Part shown: one piece after another, positions 50,642 to 60,994 of the stretch
Layout: the number at the start of each line of letters is the position of its first letter
How positions within the stretch are numbered: the stretch's first letter is position 1
DNA from: Acidobacteriota bacterium
GTDB taxonomy: Bacteria; Acidobacteriota; UBA6911; RPQK01; JAJDTT01
Direction: 5' to 3'
DNA length: 64,000 nt
Assembly (NCBI GenBank): GCA_965263035.1
Contig: OZ253580.1
Location: forward strand, 1,024,001-1,088,000
Position numbers and translations under genes: made by a program
The notes under the pieces: model-generated
The model's database searches: none
The model's input: only the letters and a program-made list of their open reading frames with translations
Told to the model about the DNA's origin: nothing

Positions 50642-52397
50642 TTATCGGCTTGGCACTTCTGAATCAGTCGCGGTCGCCGCGACTGCCACGGACGCCATGG
50701 CATCCAGCTTTGCGCCAATCTCCGAGTCGATCTCGGAATCGGGGATGTGTTCCACCAACTGGTAGAAGTTCCTCTTGGGCATCAGATTCGGCAGGTTCAG
50801 CTTTTTTGGGTAGTAGGCGCGGAACAGAGGGTCCAGGAAGTCATCGCTGGCCTTGATGTCGGGACTCCAAGGAGAGCCCTTTCCGAGTGTCTTCAGAGCC
50901 GACTGAATCTCCGCAATCGCTTCGCGCATAGCACCCAGACGCCGGTCGCACTCAACCGAAGTGAAAAGATTCTCCGGTTCCGCCTCCCTTGCCGATGCTG
51001 TTGCAAACGCTTCCAGCGCAGCTCGCGAGCAGACGTAGTTCTCGATTTCTCGACGCTTCCAGACCAGGCACTCGACCGGGTCGATGCCCTGCGGTTCATT
51101 TTCAACGTGATCGAAGAGAACGACTCCATGCAGCGACGGGAGTGCCTCTCTCAGGCCATGAAAGTGTCTTCGAACCTCTCGGGCATTGTTCCCCACGTAG
51201 CGTACGAACGGTCGCTCCAGCACTCGAAGCGCGGATTCATGACCCAGTCGCCTGGCAAATGCCTGCAACATCGACAGGTCCGTCGACCCTTCAAGGTAGA
51301 GCACCCACCCCGTCTGCTCCGCTTGCTAATATTGCTCGAGCCCAATCTCTTTTAGCGCTTTCAACACCTGACTGTGGTGGTCGTCAATACGGTGAGGCGG
51401 GCCGACGAACGCTATGACGACGTCTCGACCCGCCGCCTCGTTGAGCAGTACTTCGGAATGGCTGGCGGCGATAATTTGACTGCCGCTCTGGTTGGCCACA
51501 TCGGTGAGCAGTCGGTAGATCTGACGCTGGCGCAGGATCTCCAAGTGTGCATCAGGCTCCTCCAGGAGCAGAACTGAACCAGGATTCGCGTACATGTACG
51601 CCAAGAGAAGAAGCGTCTGTTGGAGACCCCTCCCGGCTGATGACAGGTCAAGCTTGACCCCCCGTTCTCCATAGGTCATCACGATCTCGCCACGCTCGGG
51701 GATATAGCGTGGCGGATGCAACTCAGACCCGAACAAATTTTCGATCTGCTCTACCAGACTGGTCCACCGTAACGGCCGTTCTTCGTGGATCCGAAAACAG
51801 AGATTGCGCAATACTTCGACGGTACGTCCCTCTCCTATACGCACACTGACGGCACCGTAATCCAGACGTGTTTCCGTGGCCGCCAAACCCGACATCGGTG
51901 GCAGAAACGCGATCCGGGCTCTTCCCGCTTCGTCCGGCACCGGCATTCGGTCGGGGGTCTTGCCTTCGGACGAACGAAGCGGCCGACAATAGAGGGATTC
52001 TTCATTGGCATAGTCGAACTCCAGTCCGCAGACCCAGTGCCGGTCGTTGGCCACTCCCTCGACGATGAGATCGATACGGATGTTACTTGTGCGGAGCCGG
52101 CCGTCCTCCTTATCGTACGTCTCGCACGCGCAAACCGAGCCAAAGAAGGTTTGCCTCCGGAACAGGAATTGCAACGAGGTCCCTGCGGTTGACTGTTACT
52201 CCAGGGCGCTTTTCGGGGGTTCTTTTGCCGGATCGCTTCTCGTTCCAGCGCCTGAGCCCAATGTGCCAGAGCGCGAGAGCCTGTATTGCCGATGTTTTCC
52301 CGGAATTGTTGGGACCGATAAAGACAACCGGATTCCCGAGTTCGATCTCGACATCCTCAAATCGCTTGAAGTTGCGTATGGTCAGCTTGGTCAACAT
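50642..52397 (-). pseudogene. ABC-type ATPase + TOPRIM (OLD-like) protein with one frameshift and one in-frame stop
   Basis: IRNFKRF, GPNNSGKT, LSSAGRG, LEEPDAHL, ASHS, YLEGSTD, REIENY; frameshift near 52110, TAG at 51326-51328. Confidence 0.8.
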
Positions 52398-52525
52398 AAA
52401 CTGTCGATGAGCCAGCGACGAGTGTTACCAAGGCGCCAGACCCGTGCGCCCACCTCAGTGGTTCCCTCTTTGAGATTTGCATTTTCTTATCCGTTACGAC
52501 ACGGCCCAATCCCCGTATCCGGATT

Positions 52526-53713
52526 TCAGAAGCCTCGGGCCGGAACCATTTCGTAGACACTCTGGTGGTTCACGATCACAGCCTCTTCGAATCCTCCCCG
52601 GTGAATGACGAGGCGGTGGCGCAGATCCAGGGGCTGGCCGCGGGGAAGATCCACCGGGTGACGGCCCGGAAAGGCGACGTTCTGCATCCCGTAGTGGCGC
52701 AGGAGCCATCTTGGCGGGAACTCGGGATAACTGGGATGGGTCAGCATTCCAACACCCGAAATCATGCCGCCCTGCCCGAACGTCCCGCTGTAGTCGGCCC
52801 AGGGGCTGGACTCTCCGACCCGGTCCTCTTTCTGGATTCCCGACAGGTCATGGATGCGACCGTCCGGGGAGGCCTGGACGCGGACCGTGAAGCCGGAATA
52901 TCCCCGCGGATTCTCCGAACCACCGATTCGGATTCCATCCACGAGGGCTCGGAGCCGGATGTGGAAATCGATGACCTGAGAGTCTGGAGTGGAACGGAAG
53001 ACCTGGATCCGGACCCGCTCCCGCACCAGCGGTAACAATTCGCCGGCGCCGTCCTTCTGCAGAGGAGAGGTCCAGAGTGCGGACGCCTCCAGAACGGAGA
53101 ACAGAGGACCGTCGTGGACTCGGACGTTCTCCACCTCGGTCAGGAAGTCCTCCGTCAGCCACGGGTCGCCGGCCCGTTCGTCGCCGACCCAGAGTTGGTG
53201 CCAGGCCCAGAAGATTCCCCGGTGATGAAAATGGTCCTCAGGAAAGTCATGGGTCAGCACCCGTCCATCGAGGCCGTACAGGGGATGAACGTAACCGGCT
53301 CGCGTGTATCGCCCGTCAAGAGATCGGGGCGCCGACTGGTAGAAGAATACGGGGCGCTCTCCCTCGGAGACGAGATATCCCTGGGCATCCGCGGTGACTT
53401 GGAACGCCCCCTCCACGACTTCCGGCTCCGTCTTCACCGAGTGAACACCGGCCGCCGGCAGATCGCCCATCAGCCACAGAATCCCAGTCTCGGGATCCAA
53501 CTGGGCCAGGTTCCCGTTTCGGTTGGCGGACAGTACGGCAAAGACCCGACCCTGGGGCACCCGGCCCTCGAAGGTCGCCGCCACCGGCGAGGACCAGCCT
53601 TCGGGAATTCCGGGGGGTATGCGCACTGTGGCGCCTGAAGGAAGCTCCTGCCCCGACCCCGCGCAACCGGCCAACGGCCAGAGCAGGATGGCCAGTCCGG
53701 CCACCCGGTTCAC
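52526..53713 (-). CDS. Lipoprotein, DUF6807/PmoA-like
   Basis: LAGC lipobox; YVHPL...DFPEDHFHHRGIFWAW; GYSGF. Start uncertain. Confidence 0.75.
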   Translation of the reverse strand: MNRVAGLAILLWPLAGCAGSGQELPSGATVRIPPGIPEGWSSPVAATFEGRVPQGRVFAVLSANRNGNLAQLDPETGILWLMGDLPAAGVHSVKTEPEVVEGAFQVTADAQGYLVSEGERPVFFYQSAPRSLDGRYTRAGYVHPLYGLDGRVLTHDFPEDHFHHRGIFWAWHQLWVGDERAGDPWLTEDFLTEVENVRVHDGPLFSVLEASALWTSPLQKDGAGELLPLVRERVRIQVFRSTPDSQVIDFHIRLRALVDGIRIGGSENPRGYSGFTVRVQASPDGRIHDLSGIQKEDRVGESSPWADYSGTFGQGGMISGVGMLTHPSYPEFPPRWLLRHYGMQNVAFPGRHPVDLPRGQPLDLRHRLVIHRGGFEEAVIVNHQSVYEMVPARGF

Positions 53714-53888
53714 ACTCTGTCTCAGACTCTCGAATCCGCTCACGACGATTCCCACGGTAACGGCCCCGGACTGCGGCGGCAAGACAGGCCCTCACACTTC
53801 CATAAGAATCTTCTCCTCTGAGAGAATAGGTGGCCTCAAACGTCGTCGGAATATCAACCGAAATGTCCCTGGAGAAGAGATCGATAGC

Positions 53889-54941
53889 ATGAACAACGAG
53901 AATTCCGTCATTCGAGTCGGCCTCGTGGGCGCCGGCGCCAACACTCGCAGAAGACACATCCCCGGTTTCCAGGCCTGTCCCGGCGTGGAAGTCGTTACGG
54001 TGGCCAATCGGAGTCTCGAATCCTCCCGTAGCGTGGCTCGAGACTTCGGCATTCCCAGGACCAGCGATTCCTGGCAGGAGGTGGTTCAGGACCCGGACGT
54101 GGACGCCGTCTGTATCGGCACCTGGCCCTACCTGCACCGGGAGGTTACCTGTGCCGCATTGGAGGCGGGAAAGCATGTCCTCTGCGAGGCCCGCATGGCA
54201 ATGGACCTGGGCGAGGCTCGGGCGATGCTCCAAGCTTCCCGTGAGCATCCCAACCTGGTGACCCAAGTGGTTCCCACTCCCCTCGGCCTGCCCTACCACC
54301 GGGCCGTCCGGGAGTTCCTCGACTCCGGCGGGCTGGGGAGAATGCTCGCCGTCGAGGTCCGAGACGTCTTCTCCGACCTGACCGACCCGTCCGCCCCCAT
54401 AAAGTGGAGACAGCGTTTGGAACTGGCCGGATACAACTACGTGAGTCTGGGACAGTGGTGGGAAACGCTGCTGCTCTGGGTGGGACCCGTCTCCTGGTTG
54501 GATGTGTCGGCCCGCATCGTCGTCGACTCCAAGGAGGATCCGGAGACAGGGGAGACGGTGCAGGTCCGGCTTCCGGACCACATCGTTGTCCTGGCCGAAT
54601 TCGAAAACGGAGCCGTGGGGAACATTCTGTCCAGCGCCGTCACCGGCAACGTTCCCGAGTCCACGCTACTCGTTCACGGCGACCAAGGCACACTCAAGTA
54701 CGAGGCTCTCTCGGACACCCTCTGGTGGAGCGAGAGCCGGAGCGGCAGCTACGCCGAAATGCCCTTGGATGCGGAGATCGTCGGAGGCTGGAGAGCTGAA
54801 GAGGAATTCATCAACGCGGTGAGGGGCCGGGAGCGAGTCCGGTACATCGATTTCGAAACCGGAGTTCGCTACATGGAACTGAGCCAAGCGGCGCACATCA
54901 GTTGGGCCGAAGGACGGCGGGTCAGCCTGCCCCTGCCCTGA
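53889..54941 (+). CDS. Gfo/Idh/MocA family oxidoreductase
   Basis: VGLVGAG, DVDAVCIGTWPYLH, GKHVLCEARMA. Confidence 0.92.
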   Translation: MNNENSVIRVGLVGAGANTRRRHIPGFQACPGVEVVTVANRSLESSRSVARDFGIPRTSDSWQEVVQDPDVDAVCIGTWPYLHREVTCAALEAGKHVLCEARMAMDLGEARAMLQASREHPNLVTQVVPTPLGLPYHRAVREFLDSGGLGRMLAVEVRDVFSDLTDPSAPIKWRQRLELAGYNYVSLGQWWETLLLWVGPVSWLDVSARIVVDSKEDPETGETVQVRLPDHIVVLAEFENGAVGNILSSAVTGNVPESTLLVHGDQGTLKYEALSDTLWWSESRSGSYAEMPLDAEIVGGWRAEEEFINAVRGRERVRYIDFETGVRYMELSQAAHISWAEGRRVSLPLP

Positions 54942-54962
54942 GTTGCCTGCATCAACCCTGCG

Positions 54963-56216
54963 TCACGCCCGGATCAATTCTTGCAGCGCGGAGAGGGCCC
55001 GGTCGATCTCGACTTGAGTGTTGAAGAAGTGGGTGGCGATCCGGACCGCGTCGTGTCCGTCGCGGACATGGTCATCCACACCGATGCCCCGTTCTTGAAA
55101 TCCGGCTCTCAACTCCATCCCGCGGTGCCCCGGAACCTCGAAGATGGTGATGCCCGGTGAGGAAAGACGGGGCGACCGGGAACTGATCAATCGGACACGG
55201 GGCAGACTTGCCAGCCTCTCCTTCAGGTAGTCGGACAACTGGCGGTTCCGTGCGCCGATCCGTTCCAAGCCTATATTCCGGAGAAAGGCAACGGCGTCGC
55301 CGATGCTGGCGCGCGTGGAATACCCGAAGGTCCCGGGCATCTGGAAACGGCGGGCGTCAGTCGGCTCTTCCAGTGCGAGCCCCGGAGAGAATTCGTTCTG
55401 GACTCCCCGACGGACATAGAGCACGCCGGTTCCTGCCGGAGCCAGAACCCACTTGTGGAGGCTGGCTGCAAAGAAATCGCATCTCAGGTCCCGGAGATCG
55501 ACCGGCATCATCCCCACCGCCTGGGCTCCATCCACCGCCGAGAGCACGCCTCTCTCCCGGGCCAGGGCACAGAGTTCCTTGACGGGATTGAGCAAGCCAC
55601 CGCGCGTGACCTGACAGAAGAACAGGACCCGGGTCCGGGAAGTCATGCGAGCACTGATCCGCTCCAGAATTTCTTCCTTGGGGGGGAGCGGACTGGGCAT
55701 GGGGACCTCGTACACCACGATCCCTTCCAGTTGGGCCCGGCGCCTCCAGGGCCGAATCCCGGCCGGGTGCTCGTGGCTCGTGGTCAGCACCTCGTCTCCC
55801 CGTTTCAGGGGAATCCCGGCGGCGATGCTCTGCAGACCCTGGCTGGCGTTCTGGGTGAAGGCCAATTCTCGGGGGTCCACACCGAGAAAGCCGGCCAGAG
55901 AGGGACGGACCTGCTCGATGATCCGGCAGCTCAGACGCCCCTTGGCGCCGACCGGGTCCACGGCCATGGATCGCCGGTTACGGGTCAGCGCGTCCACCAC
56001 AGGCGCCGGAGGAACCCCGATGCTGGCGCAATTCAGGTAGCTCGCGCCCGGCTTTAAGAGGAACTGTTCCCGAATCTGAGACCAGCCTGCCCCGGAACCG
56101 GTTTGGGAGCCGCTCCCAGCCAGAACCGAACTCCCGGCCAGCGCCGCCACCGTCCCTTCCAGGAACCGTCGCCGGTTGGATGTGCCGGTGTGAGCCGAAC
56201 GCCGATCCTTCCCCAC
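54963..56216 (-). CDS. Class V PLP aminotransferase (cysteine desulfurase/isopenicillin-N epimerase-like) with Tat-like leader
   Basis: NRRRFL; YLNCAS, EHP, VDGAQ, SLHKW, RIATHFFNT. GTG 56216 follows GGAGGT. Confidence 0.85.
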   Translation of the reverse strand: MGKDRRSAHTGTSNRRRFLEGTVAALAGSSVLAGSGSQTGSGAGWSQIREQFLLKPGASYLNCASIGVPPAPVVDALTRNRRSMAVDPVGAKGRLSCRIIEQVRPSLAGFLGVDPRELAFTQNASQGLQSIAAGIPLKRGDEVLTTSHEHPAGIRPWRRRAQLEGIVVYEVPMPSPLPPKEEILERISARMTSRTRVLFFCQVTRGGLLNPVKELCALARERGVLSAVDGAQAVGMMPVDLRDLRCDFFAASLHKWVLAPAGTGVLYVRRGVQNEFSPGLALEEPTDARRFQMPGTFGYSTRASIGDAVAFLRNIGLERIGARNRQLSDYLKERLASLPRVRLISSRSPRLSSPGITIFEVPGHRGMELRAGFQERGIGVDDHVRDGHDAVRIATHFFNTQVEIDRALSALQELIRA

Positions 56217-56254
56217 TCCCACCTCCGTCGACCCGAACGGGTCGATTCGGCCGC

Positions 56255-56671
56255 TCAGCTCTCGACCTTCAGGAGTTTGATCTCCAGGACTTCCCGGTTC
56301 AGCTCCAGAAACTTCACCTCGATCTGGAAGCCCGGCTTCAGGTCCTGCCACGACGTCTTCTTCTTTCCCAGTGCTTTCCGGACCTTTCTGGAGGCCTTCA
56401 CCTTGGCGCTTTCAGGGAAAAAGAGCGCAAAGGACGTGCCCTTCTTGCGGTCCAGCACGGTGAGACTCATCCGTTCATGGCTGATCCCGAGCAACATGCC
56501 TTTGACCGTGCGGGTGGGATTGAAATCGGAGCGGCGCTCAGCCCGGTAGGGTGGAGGGACCGGCGATCCCACATCTTGGGCCAAGACCCATTCCGAGCCG
56601 GCGCAGACCATGCACAGGCCGGCGCCGAATACGAGCCGCCACCACCGGGAATTACCAGTAAGCCATCGCAT
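56255..56671 (-). CDS. Small secreted hypothetical protein (beta-rich)
   Basis: Signal-like N-terminus; TVKG...DLKPGFQIEVKF; co-oriented within the operon. Confidence 0.5.
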   Translation of the reverse strand: MRWLTGNSRWWRLVFGAGLCMVCAGSEWVLAQDVGSPVPPPYRAERRSDFNPTRTVKGMLLGISHERMSLTVLDRKKGTSFALFFPESAKVKASRKVRKALGKKKTSWQDLKPGFQIEVKFLELNREVLEIKLLKVES

Positions 56672-57929
56672 CTTCATACATTCGGGCCAGTTCCTCCTCA
56701 CCGGCAGGGCGAGGAGAGAGTTTCGTCACACGGTGCTGGGGCAGCGTCCCCTGCACCAACCCGGGGATGTCTCCCGAATCATACCCGATTTCGGCGAGGC
56801 CGCTGGGCATCTTCAGGCGCCGCATCATGCGAATGATCTCATCCGCCAGGATTTCACCCGCGTCTTCCTCACTGGCGCCGGACGCGCGCGCTCCCAGGAT
56901 CCGGGCAACCTCCAGATGGCGTCGAGGACAGGCGGGGGCGGTGAAACGGAACACCGCCGGAGCATTCAGGATGACGGACATCCCATGGGGAACCATGGGA
57001 TGTCCGGGTCCGTAACCCTCCGGGCGGAAGCTCTCGACCATGCCTGAAACGGGGTACGACATGCCATGTGGCAGATGCACGCCGGCGTTTCCGAAACCGA
57101 TACCGGCGTAGGTGGCTGCCAGCAACATCTGGGAACGCGCTTCATCGTCCGCAGGATCCTCGACGGCGCGGACCAGATAACGGGAGACGATCTTGAGGCT
57201 CTGACGGGCCCAGATGTCGCTGATGGGATTGGAGCCCTGATAGGCGGGCCTTTCCAAGGGCCGTGCGGGAAGGGGCCGTTGGCCGAAGGGGATGGCCGTA
57301 AAGGACTCGAGAGCGTGGCTCAAGACGTCCAGACCCGTGGAGGCGGCCACCACCGGCGGCAGGGTCCGGGTGTTCTCGGGATCGATGATGCCCAACGTGG
57401 GCCTCAATCTCCGGTGGGCAATCCCCGTCTTGGCCTTCATTCTATGCAGATCGAAGATGGCCACGCCGGTGGTCTCGCTCCCGGTGCCGGCCGTGGTGGG
57501 AACGGCAATCAATGGTTTGAGCGGACCCGGAACCGGCCGGCCCCGGCCGATGGGATGGTTCACATATTCCAGGAATTCCGCGGGGTACGTGGAGTAGAGG
57601 TTGGCCGCCTTGGCCGTATCCATGGTGGAGCCGCCGCCCACGGCGACGAAGGCGTCGAATCCGCCTTCCGTCGCGAAATCGATGGCCTGTTGAAACGAGG
57701 CGTCGGTGGGTTCCACGCGGACCGCGTCGAAAAGAGAGAATTCCACGTTTTCGCGTGAGAGGGACTCCAGGGCCGACTCGACGGGAGGGCTCTCCACCAG
57801 GTTCGGGTCTGAGAGAACCATGACCCGCTTGGCGCCGAGATCGGCCAGGTCCATCCCCACTTCCCGGGTGGCGCCGCTTCCGAAGCGGATGTTGGACGCC
57901 GACATCTCGAACGCGAAATCCCGTTTCAT
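56652..57929 (-). CDS. Hydroxyacid-oxoacid transhydrogenase (iron-containing ADH family)
   Basis: NIRFG, VEPTD, GGGSTMDTAK, PTTAGTGSE, RPAYQGSNPISD, GNAGVHLPHGMSYPV. Confidence 0.93.
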   Translation of the reverse strand: MKRDFAFEMSASNIRFGSGATREVGMDLADLGAKRVMVLSDPNLVESPPVESALESLSRENVEFSLFDAVRVEPTDASFQQAIDFATEGGFDAFVAVGGGSTMDTAKAANLYSTYPAEFLEYVNHPIGRGRPVPGPLKPLIAVPTTAGTGSETTGVAIFDLHRMKAKTGIAHRRLRPTLGIIDPENTRTLPPVVAASTGLDVLSHALESFTAIPFGQRPLPARPLERPAYQGSNPISDIWARQSLKIVSRYLVRAVEDPADDEARSQMLLAATYAGIGFGNAGVHLPHGMSYPVSGMVESFRPEGYGPGHPMVPHGMSVILNAPAVFRFTAPACPRRHLEVARILGARASGASEEDAGEILADEIIRMMRRLKMPSGLAEIGYDSGDIPGLVQGTLPQHRVTKLSPRPAGEEELARMYEDAMAYW

Positions 57930-58060
57930 GGAGCCTGTCTCTCAAGACGATCCACCCGGCCCGGGAGGAGAGGACACGACCTCAACTCGCCCGGACGTTA
58001 TGGTACTTGAAGGGTCGGAAAAGTCGCAAATTCAGGGCTGACTCCTTCCTCCCACAAGCC

Positions 58061-58090
58061 TTGACACCCTTCCGGTCCAATCCCTACAAT
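58061..58090 (+). promoter_or_regulatory. sigma70-type promoter for the aldo/keto reductase gene
   Basis: TTGACA, 18 bp spacer, TACAAT. Confidence 0.6.
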
Positions 58091-58114
58091 CCGGCTTCCC
58101 AGGGGGACCGACTG

Positions 58115-59047
58115 ATGGACTACCGACGCTTCGGCAGCACTGAACTTCGAGTGAGCCAGATCGCCTTCGGAGGAGCCACATTCGGCCGGGAAACCGACCA
58201 ACCGACCGCTTGGCGTCTCTTGGACCGCGCCGTGGAACGGGGCATCAACCTCATCGACACGGCCGAGGCCTACAGCAATCGCGAATCGGAACGGATCATC
58301 GGCCGCTGGTTCGCCGACCGGAAGGTCCGCCAGGAACTCGTCCTGGCCACCAAATGCTACGGGAAGCTGGACGGGGCCATCATCACGGAGAAAATCGATC
58401 AGAGTCTGGAATGCCTGCAGACCGATTGGATCGACCTGTTCCAGATCCACCACTTTCCCCATGAGGGGGACCCCTTGGACGAGATCCTGGAAAGTCTGGA
58501 TCGGGCCGTTCAGGCGGGAAAGGTCCGCCACCTGGGGCTGAGCAACTGCGCCGCATGGCAATTCTGCAAGGCGCTCTGGCGCCAGGACCGGAGCGGATGG
58601 GCCCGCTTCGAATCGATGCAGCCTTCCTACAGCCTGGTCGAACGCAGCATCGAATCGGAGATGCTCCCGCTGTGCAAGGACCAGGACGTGGCCATCATTT
58701 CCTACGCTCCCATCGCCTCGGGATTCCTGGCCGGCAAGTACTCCAAGGGAGGACCCATCCCCGCCGGCACCCGGTTCGACGTGGCTCCCGGCCACCAGGA
58801 CGTCTTCTTCAGCAATCGGAACTTCGCGTGTGTGGACCGGGTCAAGGCCATTGCCGCGGAAGCAGGACGCTCACTGGTGGACCTGGCGCTGGCCTGGGCC
58901 TTTTTTCAGCCCGGCATCACCTGCGTTCTCATCGGAGGGAGAAAGCTCTCCCACGTGGATCAGGCCTTCGAGACCCTGGGACGGGGTTTGGATCCGGAGT
59001 TGAGGGAGCGCCTGGACCAAGCCTCGCAGCCTGACACCTTCGGTTGA
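58115..59047 (+). CDS. Aldo/keto reductase
   Basis: DTAEAY, LATK, DLFQIH, GKVRHLGLSN, YAPIASG. Confidence 0.93.
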   Translation: MDYRRFGSTELRVSQIAFGGATFGRETDQPTAWRLLDRAVERGINLIDTAEAYSNRESERIIGRWFADRKVRQELVLATKCYGKLDGAIITEKIDQSLECLQTDWIDLFQIHHFPHEGDPLDEILESLDRAVQAGKVRHLGLSNCAAWQFCKALWRQDRSGWARFESMQPSYSLVERSIESEMLPLCKDQDVAIISYAPIASGFLAGKYSKGGPIPAGTRFDVAPGHQDVFFSNRNFACVDRVKAIAAEAGRSLVDLALAWAFFQPGITCVLIGGRKLSHVDQAFETLGRGLDPELRERLDQASQPDTFG

Positions 59048-59087
59048 CCGAACCGCCGGATTCGATCTCCGGCTTCGGCGACGGCGA

Positions 59088-59654
59088 TCAGCGGGTCCAC
59101 TTCTTGATGTGCTCGTGGAGAAGCTCCGCCGTGTACTTCAGGCCGATGTCCATGCCGCGGTCCTGCAGCCAGACCGTCGGTTCGGGGCCGCTCTTTTGCC
59201 ATGCCAGGTGAGGCTTGTAAAGGACGAAGATGTCCCAAGCCGCATCGGAGCTGGGATATTCAAGCTGTTTGGCGTAATTCTGGCGTCCGAAGTTCCAGAG
59301 GTCCCAGAAATGTTCCGCGCGCGGGTCCCGAAGATAAGCGGTCGCCTGCTGCGTCGCCCTTCGAGAATCCTTACCCAGGATGGGCGCCCAGAGCACCAGG
59401 ACCTTGATTCTGGCACCGGATTCCTTACTGAGAATGTTCTGGATGTCGGCGGCTCCCCGAAGACAGTGGCCGCACGTGGGCGAAAAAACCGTCACCAGAC
59501 GGGTCCGGTCCGAGGCAGCGTTGAATACGTTTATGAACTCCCGTCCGTCGGGGGAGACGGCGCTGACCCCGGGGCTGGGGCCCTGCAACGCGACTACGGC
59601 GCCAGCATGGATCGGAACCAGAAGAAGGGACAGCAGAATTCTTCTCATAACCAT
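59088..59654 (-). CDS. Secreted thioredoxin-fold protein (CxxC)
   Basis: Signal peptide; RLVTVFSPTCGHC; HFWD; AWD. Confidence 0.7.
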   Translation of the reverse strand: MVMRRILLSLLLVPIHAGAVVALQGPSPGVSAVSPDGREFINVFNAASDRTRLVTVFSPTCGHCLRGAADIQNILSKESGARIKVLVLWAPILGKDSRRATQQATAYLRDPRAEHFWDLWNFGRQNYAKQLEYPSSDAAWDIFVLYKPHLAWQKSGPEPTVWLQDRGMDIGLKYTAELLHEHIKKWTR

Positions 59655-59707
59655 TGCAGGGTAATGAATCCGTCGTCCGGGAGGCAAGTGCAGGCGGGAT
59701 GCCGGAA

Positions 59708-60874
59708 TCATCGGGCCCCTTCCCCAGCCCGGATCCGGTTGGCAATCTCCTCCGCCTGGTGGAGGATTCTGAGAGTATTTTCCCCCAGGATCCGCCTGAT
59801 CTGGCTCTCGTCATAACCCCGTTTCAGAAGCTCTCGGGTGATCTTGGGGAGAAAACTGACATCCTCCATCCCACGAGGCATATCCGCGCCGTCGAAATCG
59901 GAGCCGAGACCCACGTGGTCCACTCCCGCCACCTGGACGGCGTGATCGATATGGTCCACGATCCTCTCCCAATTCACCGGCGGGATCGGCTCCCGGTCCG
60001 TTTCCGCCTCCCCGCCTGAAGACACCTTTTCGATCGAGGCCTCCCGAGCCGCATGATGCTCCACGTCCAGAAACTGATCCACGAAAGTGATCTGGATCAC
60101 TCCTCCCTGTTTGGCCAGGCCCCGAATCATCTCGTCGTTCATGTTCCGGGGATGATTCGACAGGTCCCGGCAGGAGGAGTGACTCGCCACCACCGGAGCT
60201 TCACTGACCTCCAGAACGTCCCAGAAGGTCTCGTCCGAGACATGTGAGACATCCACCAGCACCCCCAGGCGGTTCAACTCCTTCACCACGCTTACGCCCA
60301 ACTCGTTCAGTCCTCCGTAGACGCGCGAATCAGCCACCGAGTCGGCCCAGTCGGTGTTCACGTTATGGGTCAGCGTCAGATAGCGGATCCCAAGCCGAGC
60401 ATACATCCGGAGAACGGGGAGGCTGTTGTGGATCATGTGCCCACCTTCCATCCCCATGAGCACGGCGAATTTGCCCGATCGTTGGGCCCGGCGAACATCG
60501 GAGGCGCTGGCGCACAATTCCAAGGAATCCCCGTACAGTTCCACCAGACGATGAACCGAGGCAATGGTTATCAAGGAGTCGCTGACGGCCTTGGGTCCGG
60601 TGACGGTCCCGGGCATGTAGATGGAGAAGAAGGCGCCGTCCAACCCACCTCGCTTCAGACGCGGCAGGTCCACGTGCCCCGATTCGTGCTCCTGGCCGAA
60701 GTCCCAGTTCGGGTCCTTCATCTGCAACGGGGTGTCGATATGAGTGTCCAGCACCAACGAAGAAAAATGCAGCCGGCGCGCCCTGGCAGCATCGTCGCCG
60801 CTGACTCCCACAGCCAGCCAGGCACTGGCCGCCGCCATGGCTACGAGCGCCAGCACGAGATTCCATCGTTTCAT
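59708..60874 (-). CDS. Membrane dipeptidase (M19)
   Basis: DTHID, MEGG, TLTHN, DVSH, SHS, DHIDH, GSDFDG, GEN. Confidence 0.93.
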   Translation of the reverse strand: MKRWNLVLALVAMAAASAWLAVGVSGDDAARARRLHFSSLVLDTHIDTPLQMKDPNWDFGQEHESGHVDLPRLKRGGLDGAFFSIYMPGTVTGPKAVSDSLITIASVHRLVELYGDSLELCASASDVRRAQRSGKFAVLMGMEGGHMIHNSLPVLRMYARLGIRYLTLTHNVNTDWADSVADSRVYGGLNELGVSVVKELNRLGVLVDVSHVSDETFWDVLEVSEAPVVASHSSCRDLSNHPRNMNDEMIRGLAKQGGVIQITFVDQFLDVEHHAAREASIEKVSSGGEAETDREPIPPVNWERIVDHIDHAVQVAGVDHVGLGSDFDGADMPRGMEDVSFLPKITRELLKRGYDESQIRRILGENTLRILHQAEEIANRIRAGEGAR

Positions 60875-60964
60875 GGTTGCTCCTGGTTTCCGGTTCGTCT
60901 CCTGTTTTGCGGGATCCAAGGTCAGTTCGTCCGCGAGTATACACGCGGGAGTTGGACGACAATC

Positions 60965-60990
60965 ATAGGGGCAACCCTTGTGGTTGCCCT
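60965..60990 (+). repeat. REP-like palindrome
   Basis: ATAG-GGGCAACC-CTTGT-GGTTGCCC-T; intergenic; related copy at 62831. Confidence 0.65.
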
Positions 60991-60994
60991 CCAC

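Noticed and set aside
51326-51328. In-frame TAG (also 5635-5637) as pyrrolysine or programmed readthrough
   Set aside because: Both genes also carry frameshifts and no pyl genes are in view; decay or sequencing error is simpler.
52526-53713. Methane monooxygenase function for the PmoA-like protein
   Set aside because: The family label is historical; this is a soluble lipoprotein with no pmoCAB context.
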